This document shows, one piece after another, positions 1 through 13,686 of a DNA stretch of 64,000 nt; the first letter of the stretch is position 1, and every line of letters starts with the position of its first letter. The notes beneath the pieces were generated by a model. The model saw nothing but the letters and a program-made list of their open reading frames with translations. It was not told the DNA's origin and searched no databases. The DNA comes from Octopus vulgaris (Eukaryota). The DNA lies in the NCBI GenBank assembly GCA_951406725.2, contig OX597821.1, positions 80,662,001 to 80,726,000 on the forward strand, read 5' to 3'. The position numbers and the translations under genes were made by a program.

Positions 1-1321
1 CGAAAGTTCGTGCCGATTTTTAAAGGAAAGAAAAAGGTTAATAAATACTTGCCATTACATTTTCAATCAACCAAACATGAAGCATTTTGTTGCACAATGC
101 GTCTCCATCTTTCCTTTAACTTGAAAATACCCTCTTCCCAGAATTGAGGTGGTTTCATGGCAAAGAATTCATCAACGTATCTTTTCACGTCATCCTAGGA
201 ATTGAAATTTTTACCATTAAGACTATTTTGCATAGACTTGAATAAGTGGAAATCCGAAGGAGCAATATCTGGTGAATATGAAGGGTGGGGTAACACATCC
301 CAGCCAAGCTGCAGCAATTTTTGTCTGGTTCCCAAAGAAACGTGCGGTCTTGCATTCTCATGTTGGAAAACAACACCTTTCCTGTTGGCCAATTCTGGAC
401 GCTTCTCATGAATTGCTGCTTTTAACTCATCCAGTTGTGTGCAGTATTTCTCAGAATTAATTGTCTGGTTACTTGGGAGAAGCTCATAGTACAGCATTCC
501 TTTCCAATCAAACCAGACGCAAAGCAAGTCTTTTTTAGGGTGAAGACCTGCTTCTGGGGTGGTTAAGGGTAGCTCATGTCGCTTACTCCAGGATCGCTTT
601 CTCTGAACATTTCGGTAGATAATCCATTTCTCACCACCTGTCACAATTTGCTTTAAAAAAGGCACGTTTTCATTCCGTTTATAAAGCGAATCACAGATGG
701 AAATGCGATCCAAAAGGTTCTTCTCATTTGACTCATGTGGTACCCAAACATCGTAGCGATTTGTGTACCCAAGCTTTATCAGGTGCTCATGAACGACGGA
801 TTTTGATAGGTTGAGGCTTTCTGCCAGTTCTCGGGATGTGCAATGTGGGTTATTCTCAATTAAGGAATGATTTGGTCATCATCTGTAGTGGATGGTCTGC
901 CTGATCGCTCTTTGTCAATAAGGCTACAATCTCCAGCCTGGAACCTTGCAAACCACTTCCGTACAGTTCTTTCGGATAAAGAAACATCACCGTAAACTGC
1001 GCATATTTCTTTGGTTGCTTGTGAGGCATTTTCCCGTTACGGAAAAAGAAAAGTATCAAGTGCTGAAAATGAACTTTCTTATCTTCCATTTTAAAGGGTT
1101 ACAGAATTAACACAGGTTATAGGAAGGTAAACCTTCTTCCACGAAAAGACAGCTTAAACTGTGGTCTAAATGGAGGTGTAGTCAAATCCTATTTTATGGA
1201 CTCAACCATGTTCTAAAATAAGTTGAAAGGTAAGCTACTATAAACCGACACGACAACCCAATACAATACAATACAATATACAATAAAATAAAAATCGGGC
1301 GAAACTTTCTGGACACCCTGC
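1..1321 (-). mobile_element. Tc1/mariner DNA transposon, decayed; left TIR cut by window edge
   Basis: Right-hand TIR AAAATCGGGCGAAACTTTCTGGACACCCTG (1291-1320) is approximately inverted to CGAAAGTTCGTGCCGATTTT at 1-20; it encloses mariner transposase frames. Confidence 0.9.
40..1089 (-). pseudogene. mariner (DD34D-type) transposase, frameshifted
   Basis: ORF 856-1089 (MEDKKVHFQHLILFFFRNG, N-terminal HTH region) and ORF 195-713 (IVTGGEKWI, HENARPH, HPSYSPDIAPSDFHLF) lie in different frames; first two catalytic Asp positions are substituted. Confidence 0.9.
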
Positions 1322-1359
1322 ATAATATGTGTGTGTGGGAGCGGGGGGGAGGGGCGCAC

Positions 1360-1420
<61 letters not shown>

Positions 1421-1425
<5 letters not shown>

Positions 1426-1701
1426 GTGATGGTCACCATTACTGTTTTTATTGCTATCTCCATTTCATTCAACCTCTTTTTTCCAGACATCTCACCATGT
1501 CGGACCGTTGAACTCTGCACAGTTTTTCTCTCACCATATTTTTTTTCATTCTCTCCATTTTTTCTTCTTAATTTTTCTGTCAAAGAACGTGGGCTCGAAA
1601 CGTAAAAGACTTTTCCCTTTTTTACCCGAGCGTTAAACTAATACACCTGCTTGTTGTTCCGTTCCTACACCTGTCTTCGTCTTTTGTTTCCGAAAATTTG
1701 A

Positions 1702-1705
<4 letters not shown>
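1421..1705 (+). mobile_element. Short non-autonomous Penelope-associated repeat (family D) with degenerate minimal hammerhead motif at 1573-1608
   Basis: TTTT-CTGTCAA-AGAACGTGGGCTC-GAAA-CG-TA-AAAG; homologous to 15381-15565 and 54265-54440; sits between (TA)n and (TG)n. Confidence 0.55.
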
Positions 1706-1768
<63 letters not shown>

Positions 1769-1769
1769 A

Positions 1770-1910
1770 TGACGGACCTCTTTCAGTTTCTGGGTACCAA
1801 ATCCACTCACAAGGCTTTGGTCGGCCTGAGGCTACAGTAGAAGACATTTACTTAAGGTTCCACGCAATGAGACTGAACCCAGAACCATGTAGTTGGGAAG
1901 CAAACTTCTG
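1770..1910 (-). mobile_element. tRNA-derived SINE (family B), partial
   Basis: Matches the 5' half of the copies at 13687-14068 and 21525-22005 (CCAAATCCACTCACAAGGCTTTGGTCGGCC...GACTGAACCC). Confidence 0.75.
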
Positions 1911-3528
1911 GACGTTCGTTAATTCTTTTCTTTCTTCTTTCTCCCCCCCCCCCCACACATCCCTTTAGTATCATTAGCCGAATAAAAGAAAATAACTAAA
2001 ACTATAACTAAAACTAAAGAACCAGCATCACAGTCGAAATTATACAAGAGCTTACTATACAAACATCAGCCAACAAAGGAGGGGGCCTCTACACGGTCTT
2101 TTAGTGAGCTAGAAATAGCGTCCAAATCTCCAATCAATAACATTCTATGATCTTCCAAAACATTGGATAATGCTGCTTTACATTGCAAATTGCAAAATAC
2201 ATTGCACATTGCAAAATACATGATAGTTACGGCTGGAACGACTTTGATCATAAGTCTGTTCGACCATAGATTTGCTCATATGTTTTACCTCGTTGCTGAC
2301 CTAGGGCTAAACAACAATAATATTTCCGCATCGGCCGTCGCTACAACACTTATATAATCAGTCAGCATTCATTCATCTTTTCAACCTCCCCCATCTCTTC
2401 AATGCATTACGTCAACTGCCTAAAATAAAACTCACTGATATTCCATTTCATTAGACAATACAATTAGCTCTATCGAGATAAGTGATGGATCCGATAAAAT
2501 GCCGAAACCATGACGAATATACATAATATATCAGGATTTCTCACACTCTCCCGGATATTAGAAAGCTATCCAGGAACATTAAGGTTTCAATGGAGATGTA
2601 TGAACACAATTTAATCTTATGAATTGCTAAATAGGTTTTAGTCATTCTCTGCTGATTCTAACGCCATGATTCAAGCTATGATTCGTCAAAAGCAGACGAT
2701 AGCGATATCATGTATGGTGAGTTGTAAATAGAATAATGATATATCAGGTTTTATAGATTTTTTTTTCTGATAATTCTAGAAGATAACTCACATCCGTCCA
2801 TAGAAAACAAAATATATTTTTAATATTCAGGAAAAGTGTTACACACACTCAAGCACACACACACATAAGGATGGAGGAAACAGCCAACAAAATAAAGGAT
2901 GTTGTAGATATGTCTCAAAATAATTGGCAACACAACAAAATGATGTCACTTTATAGAATTAACAACATGAATCCGTACCAGTCTAACAGATTCTGTTGAT
3001 CTCATGAAACCGCTTGCACACACACAGACACACACAGAGACACAAACGTACATACATACACAAATACATTATCATACCTACATACGTACATTTTCATACA
3101 CTTACAAGTATCTCCGCAAAATAAGAATTGGTTTTCTGTTCTATATTGATCGATTGCAATTCTTTATTTTATGCCTATTTATTTATTCATATTTATATAT
3201 TTATTGTTTTTGTAAATGTATAAGTGCTTAATGTTGCTTATTCTAAAATCTTAGCCGTTATTATATAACTTAAATATCCCAGTACGTACGTACATATGTA
3301 TGTATGTACGTACGTATGTATGAATGAATGAATGTATGTATGTATGTACGAATATATGTATGTACGCATGAATGTATGTATGAATGTATATATAAATGCA
3401 TATATGTATGTATGTATGAATGAATGCATGTATGTATATATGCATGCATGGATCATGTATGTTTGGGCGTATATATGTGCAGCTGGCTGCATGTTACACG
3501 TGTGCAGGCACAAATGAGGGTATGTCTG

Positions 3529-3581
<53 letters not shown>

Positions 3582-5014
3582 CAGATTGTATGCAGAAGAC
3601 GGGGTACGGGAAGAAAATGAAATCATGTAAACAAGAAGAATATGAAAACTGGGGAGAAGATGGATTGTTTGAGATTATCAGTTTGGGGGGGGGCGTACAT
3701 GTGTGTGTGTATGGCAGGGGTATGTGCGGAGGTTACATGCATGTACGTGCGTGCGTGTGTGTGTGAGTCTGTGTGTGTGGGTGTGTATGTGTATGTAGGG
3801 GTTGGTGTGTGTCTATGTATGCAAGGGGTTGGTGTGTGCGTGTGTGTGTGTGTGTTAGTGTGTGTATGTGTGTGTGTATGTGGTTGTGTGTGTGTTTGAT
3901 TATAGGTCTGCTTCATCATAGCTGATCTGTGTTTAAACAGTATTAACAGCAAAAACAATGACAACAAACCAACAACGGCGTCACTGTCACCATCATCAAC
4001 AGCGTCATCATCATCATCATCACCACCACCAGCACCACTACCACCATCATCATCATCACTCCATTATCTCTATTACCTTACTTAAGGTCCGGGGAGTGTC
4101 ATCGGCAAAAATAATGTTAACTTTTTCCCTAGGGCGACCCCACAGCAATATCATATCTTCTCCACTATTTCAGTATTACGTGTTAAAAGTGAAACAAAAA
4201 CATATCTCTATTGTAATGCAGACACTTTCATTTTAATACTGAAACTATTAAAATGAAAGTATTATATAACAGGGATGAACCATTAATAGTGGTCATCCTT
4301 TTTGCTAGAAGAAGATCCGCTATGGTCTTATATACTACACCACTGGTTTTCAATTCATATTAATCAAATTAATATCCAATTTTTCACCCTTATTATGTGT
4401 GTGTGTGTGTGTATTAGCAATTCGTATAAAATTGCATCAATGACTTGAACTTGAATAAGTGGTTTCACATAAATGGGGATAAATAAAAAGGTTTGTTGTT
4501 ATTATTATTACTGTTTGGCTATTGTAATCACGTTTGTTGGTTCCTCGTCAGGGAAACGTTGATGTGTTGCATTTGTTAAATAATTGTAAACCGTAACCCT
4601 CCCCCTTTCGGAGAAGGGGCTTTGGTTATTGTTTAAAATTTGAATTGTGTCCCTGTTTGGGAAAATTGACAATATTTTCACCGTCTTTACGGAAGCATTT
4701 TTGTTAAAATGCCTTCGATAGAAGAAAGTCCAAAAATGAATTTCGCTGCAGCCGTACACTTCTATACAAGAGGGAGGACAAGATCCAATTGATCGAAATT
4801 GCAAGAGACGGGCCTACAATTCCAGTCTGTTATATATTTTGAGTATTGTTATCACTAGCGACATCAAGATATAACTTTGTATTTTGTATTTTATGTGTAG
4901 ATGTATATATATAGATGTACATGTAATATGTACACATATATATATACACATATATACATGCATAATATATCTACCCATACACACATACGCACACACAGAC
5001 ACACACACACATAC

Positions 5015-5150
5015 ATAGGGGCAGGTGTGACTGTGTGGTAACAAACTACGTTCCAAACACATGGTCCTGGGTTCAGTCCCACTGTGTAGTGACTTGGCAT
5101 GTGTCTTCTGCTGTAGCCTCAGACCAACAAAAGCCTTCTCAGTGGATTTT
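5015..5150 (+). mobile_element. tRNA-derived SINE (family B) 5' fragment nested in the Helitron
   Basis: GCAGGTGTGACTGTGTGGTAA...GGGTTCAGTCCCACTG head shared with other family B copies. Confidence 0.7.
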
Positions 5151-5244
5151 GTACATATATACAGGCATACATACATATATATAGATGCATACGTACATAT
5201 TCGGCATAAACACTCTACCACTACAACTAATAACTGTTGGGAAC

Positions 5245-8085
5245 ACTTTCAAACCTGTTTTACATTCGAACCGGAATCTCAACGCCGGAGTTTTCCATCT
5301 GAAGTTAATCTCTCTTATGGAGCTCATACAAAAAGGGCAAGTCTTTGGGCCCATAGAATGTGACATGTACACAATCGAGTGGCAAAAAAGGGGCCTTCCA
5401 CATGCTCATATCCTGCTTTGGCTCTCAGCGAAAATCAATTCCAATGGCATCGACAAGATAATCTCTGCAGAGCTTCCTGATTCAGCTTTAGACAAAGAAC
5501 TATACGAAATAGTTAAAGCAAACATGGTACATGGTCCATGTGGGCGTGGACTCAGCATAAACACACCATGCTTGAAGGACAGCATATGTTCAAAAAGATT
5601 TCCAAGGAGGTTCCTACAAGAAACTCAGACAGGTGCTGATGGGTATCCATCATACAGACGCAGAAAACCAGAAGACGGGGGTTTCACAGCAACTATCGGA
5701 CAGCACGATATTGATAATAGATGGATTGTTCGATACTGCCCACTCTGTCAAAGACTTTCAATGCCCACATCAACGTTGAGTTTTGCAACTCCGTTAAATC
5801 CATCAAGTACGTTTGCAAATATGTAAACAAGGGTTCTGACGCTGCAATGTTTGGACTTCAACAAGAATACTGCCAGGATGAGGTGACGCATTATCAGGTG
5901 GAACGGTACATAAGTAGCAACGAGGCTTTCTGGCGCATCTTTGGCTTTCCAATTCACCAACGATACCCCGCCATTCAACAGCTTGCAGTGCACCTGGAAA
6001 ATGGTCAAAGAGTGTACTTCACCGATGCTAATGCTTCTCTGTTGGCAGAGGAACCAAGGGATAGCACACTCACTGCATTCTTCAAGCTTTGTCAAGTGAA
6101 TCCATTCGCTCAAACCTTGCTGTATCCACATCCACAGATTCCATTGTTCTACACTTGGAATGGAAAAAAATGGGCCCCACGGAAAGCAGGTCAAAATGTT
6201 CATGGATACCCTGGCATTAAGTTTCACACTTGCCTTGGGCGAGTATACACAGTGCATCCCACTCAACAAGAGTGCTTCAACCTTCGTCTACTACAGCATG
6301 AGGTCAGAGGGCCAACGTCTTTCCAGGCCCTAAAAACCGTTCATGGACATGTCTGCACAACATACAGAGAAGCCTGTTAGAAGATGGTGCACAATGGGAT
6401 GCAACTTTAGGAGAGGCTGCTTTATCACAATCACCTAAAAGTCTCAGGGCACTATTTGCAGTATTACTACAGGCATGCGAACTGTGTGATCCGGCCACTC
6501 TATGGCTCAAATATAGAGACAACTTGGCTGAAGACTTTCAGCGCCAAGCACAACTGCTCTATCCTGACATGGAGGGTATCAGCAATGAAATCTATAACAA
6601 AATACTCATTGACATTGAAGACAGAATTGCTAAACTGGGTGGAAATGAATTGTCGACGTATGGCCTGCCACAAGCATTCAGGTCAGGGTCAAATAGCCTT
6701 CCCACTGCTGTCATTCGTGAAACAGCCTACGACACTCAAACGCTTTCAAAGCACATTGTTGAAAATGAGCCTAAATTACTTCCGGAACAGCTGCAGGCCT
6801 ACAGAACTATTCTTAATAGTGTACGCCAACGCGAGGGACGAATCTTCTTCCTCGATGCTCCTGGAGGGACAGGAAAAACATTTATTACAAAGCTTTTCCT
6901 TGCAGAAGTTAGGCAGCATCAGGACATTGCAGTAGCTGTAGCCTCCTCTGGCATTGCAGCTACTTTGTTACCCGGTGGCAGGACAGCACACTCAACTTTT
7001 AAACTCCCTCTCAATAGCAGCATCCGAAATGCCTTCATGCAACATCAACAAAAGCTCAGATCAGGGACAAGTACTTAAAATGTGTCATCTAATTGTCTGG
7101 GATGAGTGCACTATGACTCACAAGGGAGCTTTGGAAACATTAGATAGAGCCCTGAAAGACATCCGAGACTGTCGGGCTCCAATGGGAGGTGTAACGCTTC
7201 TGTTGTCAGGTGATTTCAGGCAAACTCTTCCTGTCATTCCGAAAGGCACTAGAGCAGATGAAGTCCAAGCATGCCTAAAGTCCTCTACCCTGTGGCATCA
7301 TGTTACAATCCTCAGTCTCACCACTAACATGAGAGCTCAGCTACACGGCGACAAAATGTCCACAGTTTGCTAAGGACATTTTGACACTTGGTGAAGGCAA
7401 GATGCCTCTCGATGCTGCAGGACAAATGGAAGTGTGGTCATTTCCCTCTGTTATTAATTCTGTAGATGACCTCAAAAACAAAGTCTTTCCCAACTTCACA
7501 CAAAACTACCAAAATCACAATTGGCTCTGTGAAAGAGCAATATTAGCTCAAAAAGCCGTCGCTGTTAACAAAATTAATCAACAGCTAATGCATTTTCTTC
7601 CCGGCACTATACACACTTACAAGTCTGTTGATACAATTCCAGATATAAATGAAGTTGTGAACTATCCTCCTGAATTTCTCAATTCACTGGAGCCTCCTCG
7701 ACTACCTCCACACATATTAGCACTTAAAGTTGGAACTCCTGTAATGCTACTCCGCAATCTGGAACCACCAAGACTTTGCAATGGAACACGACTGGTGATA
7801 AAGAAAATGATGTCACACGTTATCGAGGCGATCATTCTTTCTGGGTGTGGAAAAGGTGATGACGTCTTTATTCCAAGATTTCCTCTTACTCCATCAGGAA
7901 CAGAAATTCCATTAACAAATCTCGGGGTCAAACCCTCTCTGTAGCTGGTCTTCTCTTGGAAAAACCCTGCTTCTCGCATGGGCAACTGTATGTTGGCTAC
8001 TCAAGAGTAGGAACCAAAAGAAACCTTTTTGTATATGCTCCACAAGGAAAAACAAGGAACATTGTTTACAACGAGGTGTTATAAT
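5245..8085 (+). pseudogene. Helitron Rep (HUH) / PIF1-like helicase, multiply frameshifted, N-terminally truncated
   Basis: IEWQKRGLPHAHILLWL (HUH motif), SIKYVCKYVNKG (catalytic Tyr motif), DAPGGTGKTF (Walker A), IVWDEC (Walker B), GDFRQTLPV and LCNGTRL, spread over ORFs 5185-5826, 5721-6380, 6524-7078, 6954-7373, 7381-7944. Confidence 0.95.
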
Positions 8086-8301
8086 CTCAACAGCCAAGAG
8101 GTATATACATGATCCCCTTTTTTTAACAAACTTCATGTACTTTCATGTATTTATATTAATATACATATATATGTGTGTGTGTGCGTGTGTGTCTGTGTGT
8201 GTGTCCATATATATAACAGAAAAGTCTAATTCTTCAATTGAATGTAACCGGGCAACGCCGGGTATTTCTGCTAGTATATATATATATATATATATATATA
8301 A

Positions 8302-8367
<66 letters not shown>

Positions 8368-8388
8368 ATGTGTATATATATATATATA

Positions 8389-8889
8389 TATGAATAAAAA
8401 ATGGAGTTAACGCAGGTTTAAACAAGTATTTTTACTTTCTACATATGTTTCGAAAATTTCACTGATACTATTCAAAAGAATAAAAGGTATAAATAATGCA
8501 ATCTTCTCTTCGGGAAAGTGAAAAAACGAAACTCGTTAATACGACATTTTAGCAAAAAATGATGGATTCGTATAGCGTTAGACAGAACGCTATTAATATT
8601 GTTTAAAAAAACGTTATAAGATATAACGTCATAAGTAGCTAACAGAAAGAGTAGGGATATTAATAGTGAATGTTAAATATAAAGGAAATTAAAGTTTAAA
8701 CTATATATAATGATAGAGACTACTTATAAAATGTCGTATTGACGAGTTTCGTTTTTTCACTTTCCCGAAGAGAAGATTGCATTGTTTATACCTTTTATTC
8801 TTTTGAATAGTATCAGTGGAATTTTCGAAACATATGTAGAAAGTAAAAATACTTGTTTAAACCTGCGTTAACTCCATTTTTTATTCATA
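8389..8889. repeat. Inverted repeat, ~160-bp arms (8389-8551 / 8727-8889), each arm with a hammerhead-like motif; Penelope pLTR-like
   Basis: TGAATAAAAAATGGAGTTAACGCAGG...ACGACATTTTA is mirrored by TAAAATGTCGT...CCTGCGTTAACTCCATTTTTTATTCA; flanked by (TA)n. Confidence 0.9.
8759..8844 (+). ncRNA. Type-I hammerhead ribozyme motif, U4C core variant (mirror copy on - strand at 8434-8519)
   Basis: Stem I ACUUUC/GAAAGU; core CCGAAGA; long stem II GAAGAUU.../...AAUUUUC; GAAA; palindromic stem III CAUAUG; GUA cleavage triplet. Confidence 0.7.
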
Positions 8890-9033
8890 GTATTCAAAAT
8901 ATTCAACGTAAACACGAAGTTTCAACCTTTATAAACAAGGAGTTACAACATCTTTACTTGTGAGATTTTTGCTGCCCTGGTAACTATTTATTTATTTTTC
9001 CATGTTAATTGTTAACAAGGTAAAATACACTAA

Positions 9034-9218
<185 letters not shown>

Positions 9219-9284
9219 TAATAATTATATTGGCCAAACAGGAATATTACTCCGTCGAAGAATCACTCTCCACTAAGAACAAAT

Positions 9285-9478
9285 CCGCCACCCACAATAC
9301 AGAATATAGACAGATACAGGTCAGTGTACACATAGAAAGGTGTGCTAGTAATCTTAATCCTAATTTCCTAATTTTCCCCTTCTATCAATGTCCACAGAAC
9401 ATCTCAGTACAACAAAGAATGAATAAAGAAGCAACTTTCATCAATAAATATCTTCCACAACTCAATATGAACACATAA
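9285..9478 (+). pseudogene. C-terminal remnant of a Penelope-like GIY-YIG endonuclease
   Basis: [15 protein letters not shown]...FLIFPFYQC...[18 protein letters not shown] resembles the conserved H...R..KE..FI....P.LN end of PLE GIY-YIG domains. Confidence 0.65.
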
Positions 9479-10529
9479 CATAATTCAGAACACTACTAAC
9501 CTTTCAATTAATACCGCTAACCCCCATATATACCATACACCATTCACATTACAGATCTATATCTACCCTAATTGCACCAAATCCAGAACTACTTACCTCC
9601 CTTACACATAATCTTTTTACTCAGGGACAAATAGCCCTGACACCGTTCAATAATCAGTGTGCATTCAAAGCAATGATTCATAATTTTACGAAACCTGTAT
9701 GCTTTTGAATCTCTTTAACAATTTACAATAATGACTTTCATTACTTTTGTTCCTACCTCAGTTCATCTAATTGTATATATCTAACGTTACTCTTTCATAA
9801 AAAAGTCTTTACTTTTTTGATTTCCAATGTGCATTTTCGCTTATCTTTCTTCTTACTTTACCCTTACATTTCCACGTGTAGTTTCTATTTTCTTTTTGTA
9901 ACATATTTCTATTATATATATACATATATATACACACACATACACGCACACACACGCACACAAATGTCTGTGTGTCTGAGCGTGTGATTACAGACGATAT
10001 AAACTACATCTTGTGTCTATCATATATTTTACGCATATCGTGTAACAGAGTAAGCAGGATAAGCGAAATAGGTGCAGCGCCCTCTGTCGTAAATATTCAT
10101 GACATGTCTCCGATCAGAAGATAATTTCCTCACTTCTTCCTACAAAGGGCGGAAGAGAGGAAATTATGTGGAAAATGCATGGGGACCGGCATGTCAAAGA
10201 ATACACCCAACGTTTCCTCTCTATGTCTGTCGTAAAAGCCGACTACATGCGGTTGAGTAGGATTTGCACTCCCACCTTGTAGAACCGTCACCAGCAACGA
10301 CCACCCAAACAGATCTATGGGTTGGAAGGTTGTCTCCTGAGTAGTGCAAAGGTGTCATCTGTCAAGGGTAGGGAATCACCAACAAATGGTGGATGCAGCG
10401 ATGCGCTGTTACAGCGCATGCACCCACCCCCTCACATACTACTACTACTACTACTTCTTCTACTCCCACAAATCTCTCCGAAAAATTCTATACAACCTCC
10501 TAAATTACTGGTTTCAAATTTTGGCTCAA

Positions 10530-10700
10530 GGCTAGCAATTTCGGAGGAGAGACTAAGCCGATTACATCGACACCAGTGTTCAACTAGTACTTATTTTATT
10601 GACCCCCACCAAAAGGAATTTGAAAACGGACGTAAAGATGGCCGAAACGCCATTAGCACCAAAAATTTTATAAGGCGTGCTAACGATTCTACCAGTTCGT
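10530..10700 (-). mobile_element. tRNA-derived SINE (family A), degenerate
   Basis: GATTACATCGAC...GTACTTATTTTATTGACCCC...CGTGCTAACGATTCTACCAG, similar to family A copies. Confidence 0.6.
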
Positions 10701-11364
10701 TGCTTTACCTGCTGAAGCGAATATCAATATGTCTAATCTTTTGTTATTATAGATCAAAATTACAATACAAAACTGTGAGATACCGGCAGGCTGCTTCCCC
10801 TTTCAAGAGCTATTCTGTTGTAGTTCTTTTCATACTCGGTAGCACTAATCCGCCACCTTGTCACAACTGATAACAGCTCCTGGTAGAGCACGCTGATAAT
10901 TGAAAATTGAACGAACCAAGTAAATTGGATAAACAACATCAAATCACTTCCATCATCATTTTTATCGTCTTCAAGATTGAATAGAGTTGGAGGCTGAGAA
11001 GTGAGGAGGAGGCGACTTATCAGCTTTTTTGCAAATAAATTAATTTTTCTACATGTAGTGAGTGGTCATTATCTCGTTTGTACTCCCAAACATTTGCATA
11101 ATATTACACGCATACACATGCATTCATACATACATACACATATATATATATACATACAAACACACAGACACAAACACACTCGCACACATACATATACACT
11201 CACATTTTAGTACATATATGCATGTGCGTATATGTAATTATTTAAATATGCATACACACACAATCGCACGCACGCACACACTCATTCACACATATATTCG
11301 TACATACATGTATGTATGTAGACAGATAGACAGACAGACGAACGGACGGACAGGCGGGTGGACG

Positions 11365-11365
11365 A

Positions 11366-11409
<44 letters not shown>

Positions 11410-11706
11410 AAAAGAAAGAAAGAGCGGAAGAAAGAAAAAGAGCGAAAGAAAGAGCGGAAGAAAGAAAGAAAAAGAAAGATAGATAGATAAAGAGAGAGAG
11501 AATGAGAGACAAATAGACAGATAGATTAATAGATAGAGAGAGAGAGACAGACAGACAAACAGACAGACAGACAATCAGTCAGTCAGATTAATAGATAGAT
11601 GGATACATACATACATACATACATACATACATACATACATGCATACATACATACACACACACACATACATACATACATACATACACACATACATACATAC
11701 ATACAT

Positions 11707-11739
<33 letters not shown>

Positions 11740-11822
11740 TACATACATACATACATAAACACATACATACATACATACATACATACATACATACATACAT
11801 ACATACATACATACATACATAC
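11365..11822. repeat. Compound microsatellite (GAAA)n/(GATA)n/(GACA)n/(TACA)n
   Basis: Directly visible tandem tetranucleotides. Confidence 0.95.
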
Positions 11823-12524
11823 AAACTTTCTTTTATTTAGCCACTGAGGGCAACTACATCCATCATCATTCATGCATACAAAATATGAAACGTTAAGATT
11901 TGGGATTTACAAAAACATGTGGAGTAGGCCAAAGAAAAACAAGTGGGTAGTTTAGGGTAGTTACATAAGCAGGTCATTTAAAAATTCTTCAAAATTTCAC
12001 ATCTAATGAACACATAAATTAACACAAAAAAAAAATCACATAATAAATTTAACGTCAACTAAAGGGGACATGCATTGCAAGTCTCCTACGCACACAATGA
12101 GTGATAACCCAGTGGTTAGATCGAGTCTCTGCCAGCCTGTTTCCAGCAATCTGTCTCTGACACCCTGTTACTAGTTGTGCTGGATTCTGGTGTACTCGAA
12201 ATTGCCTTTCGACATTCTGTGCGCAACAAGAGACACGAAAGAGTCTGCGTGCGCTGGATATACCTACTTGATTCCATATATGAAATATTGTGGTTCAACT
12301 TTTACCAAAAGTCTGTCACTTGCCTGTTTCTTGTATTTTGTTCCTATTTGGTTCCTCTAAACCCTTTCCTTTTATTTTCCTTTTATGCTGCTTCATCTTT
12401 CAAAGAACGGTAAATTTCGTACTATCGCCATCGTCTTCTTCCGTTTTACTCGATTTTAGCTAGAACTTGTCCTTCCTTCTGTAGCGAGTTCCTTTCCGCC
12501 TTTTCAGTTCTAATAATTCTTTCT

Positions 12525-12870
12525 TATTTTGGCACAAGGCCATTAATTTTGAGTTGTGGACAAGCCGATCATATCGGTCCCAGTACTAAATTAGTACTCA
12601 TTTTATTGACTCCGAAAGGATGAAAGGCAAAGTCGACCGATGGAATTTGAACTCTGAACGTAAAGAGTGTGCTAACGATTCTGCCAGCTAGCCACCTTAA
12701 TAAATAATCTTTTTTATGGTAGGCACAAGGCCTGAAATTTGGGGGAAGAGATTAAGTGGATTACATCGGCCCTAGTAAAGGAGGACGAAATGCCGCAGTA
12801 AATTCCCCAGGAAAGGGGAACAAAATACTGCAGAACGTTTAGTTCTGACGATTCTGCCAACTCAACGCCT
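12525..12870 (-). mobile_element. Two degenerate family A SINE copies
   Basis: GGCACAAGGCC...CCGAAAGGATGAAAGGCAAAGTCGACC...GCTAACGATTCTGCCAGC motifs. Confidence 0.65.
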
Positions 12871-13050
12871 TCTTTTCTTTACAAATAATAGCACAGTTTT
12901 TTTTATGCAAAGAACCTGGGTCTGCTCGATAAGAGTTGTCTTGGGTCTAAAGAACAAAAGAAATAAAACTCACCATACCAAAGATTATTTTAATAACTTA
13001 TATGTCATGACTGTCTCATGATATGTGCGCAATAGTAACTATATTCTTTT

Positions 13051-13669
13051 AAGGTGTCGAGCTGGCAGAAACGTTAGCACACAGGGCGAAATGCCTAGCG
13101 GTATTTCGTCTGCCGCTACGTTCTGAGTTCAAATTCCGCCGAGGTCGACTTTGCCTTTCATCCTTTCGGGGTCGATTAAATAAGTACCTATTTCTTTATT
13201 ACCCACAAGGGGCTAAACACAGAGGGGACAAACAAGCACAGACATAGGTATTAAGTCGATTACATCGACCCCAGTGCGTAACTGGTACTTAATTTATCGA
13301 CCCCGAAAGGATGAAAGGCAAAGTCGACCTCGGCGGAATTTGAACTCACTACGTAACGCAGACGAAATACGGCTACGCATTTCGCCCAGCGTGCTAACGT
13401 TTCTGCCAGCTCGCCGCCTTGATTAAATAAGTACCAGTTACGCACTGGGGTCGATATAATCGACTTAATCCGTTTGTCTGTCCTTGTTTGTCTCCTCTGT
13501 TTGTAGCCCTTTGTTACCTTCAAATTCCGCCGAGGTCGACTTTGCCTGTCATCCTTTCGGGGTCGATAAATTAAGTACCAGTTACGCACTGGGGTCGATG
13601 TAATCGACTTAATCCCCTTCTCCTTGTTTGTCCCTTCTATGTTTAGCCCCTTATGGCAATAAAGAAATA
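13051..13669 (+). mobile_element. Dimeric family A SINE with 17-bp target-site duplication, containing a nested antisense family A SINE (13189-13420)
   Basis: Outer TSD AGTAACTATATTCTTTT (13034-13050, 13670-13686); inner TSD GATTAAATAAGTACC (13174-13188, 13421-13435); B-box-like GAGTTCAAATTCC and central GCCTTTCATCCTTTCGGGGTCGAT domain. Confidence 0.85.
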
Positions 13670-13686
13670 AGTAACTATATTCTTTT

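Larger units (their letters stand above)
4075..8274 (+). mobile_element. Helitron (rolling-circle transposon), decayed, 5' terminus not evident
   Basis: RepHel frames inside; canonical 3' end with hairpin CCGGGCAACGCCGGG followed by CTAG|T at 8271-8275; 4075-4250 and 4787-4950 match the reverse complement of the small Helitron at 16682-17175. Confidence 0.85.
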
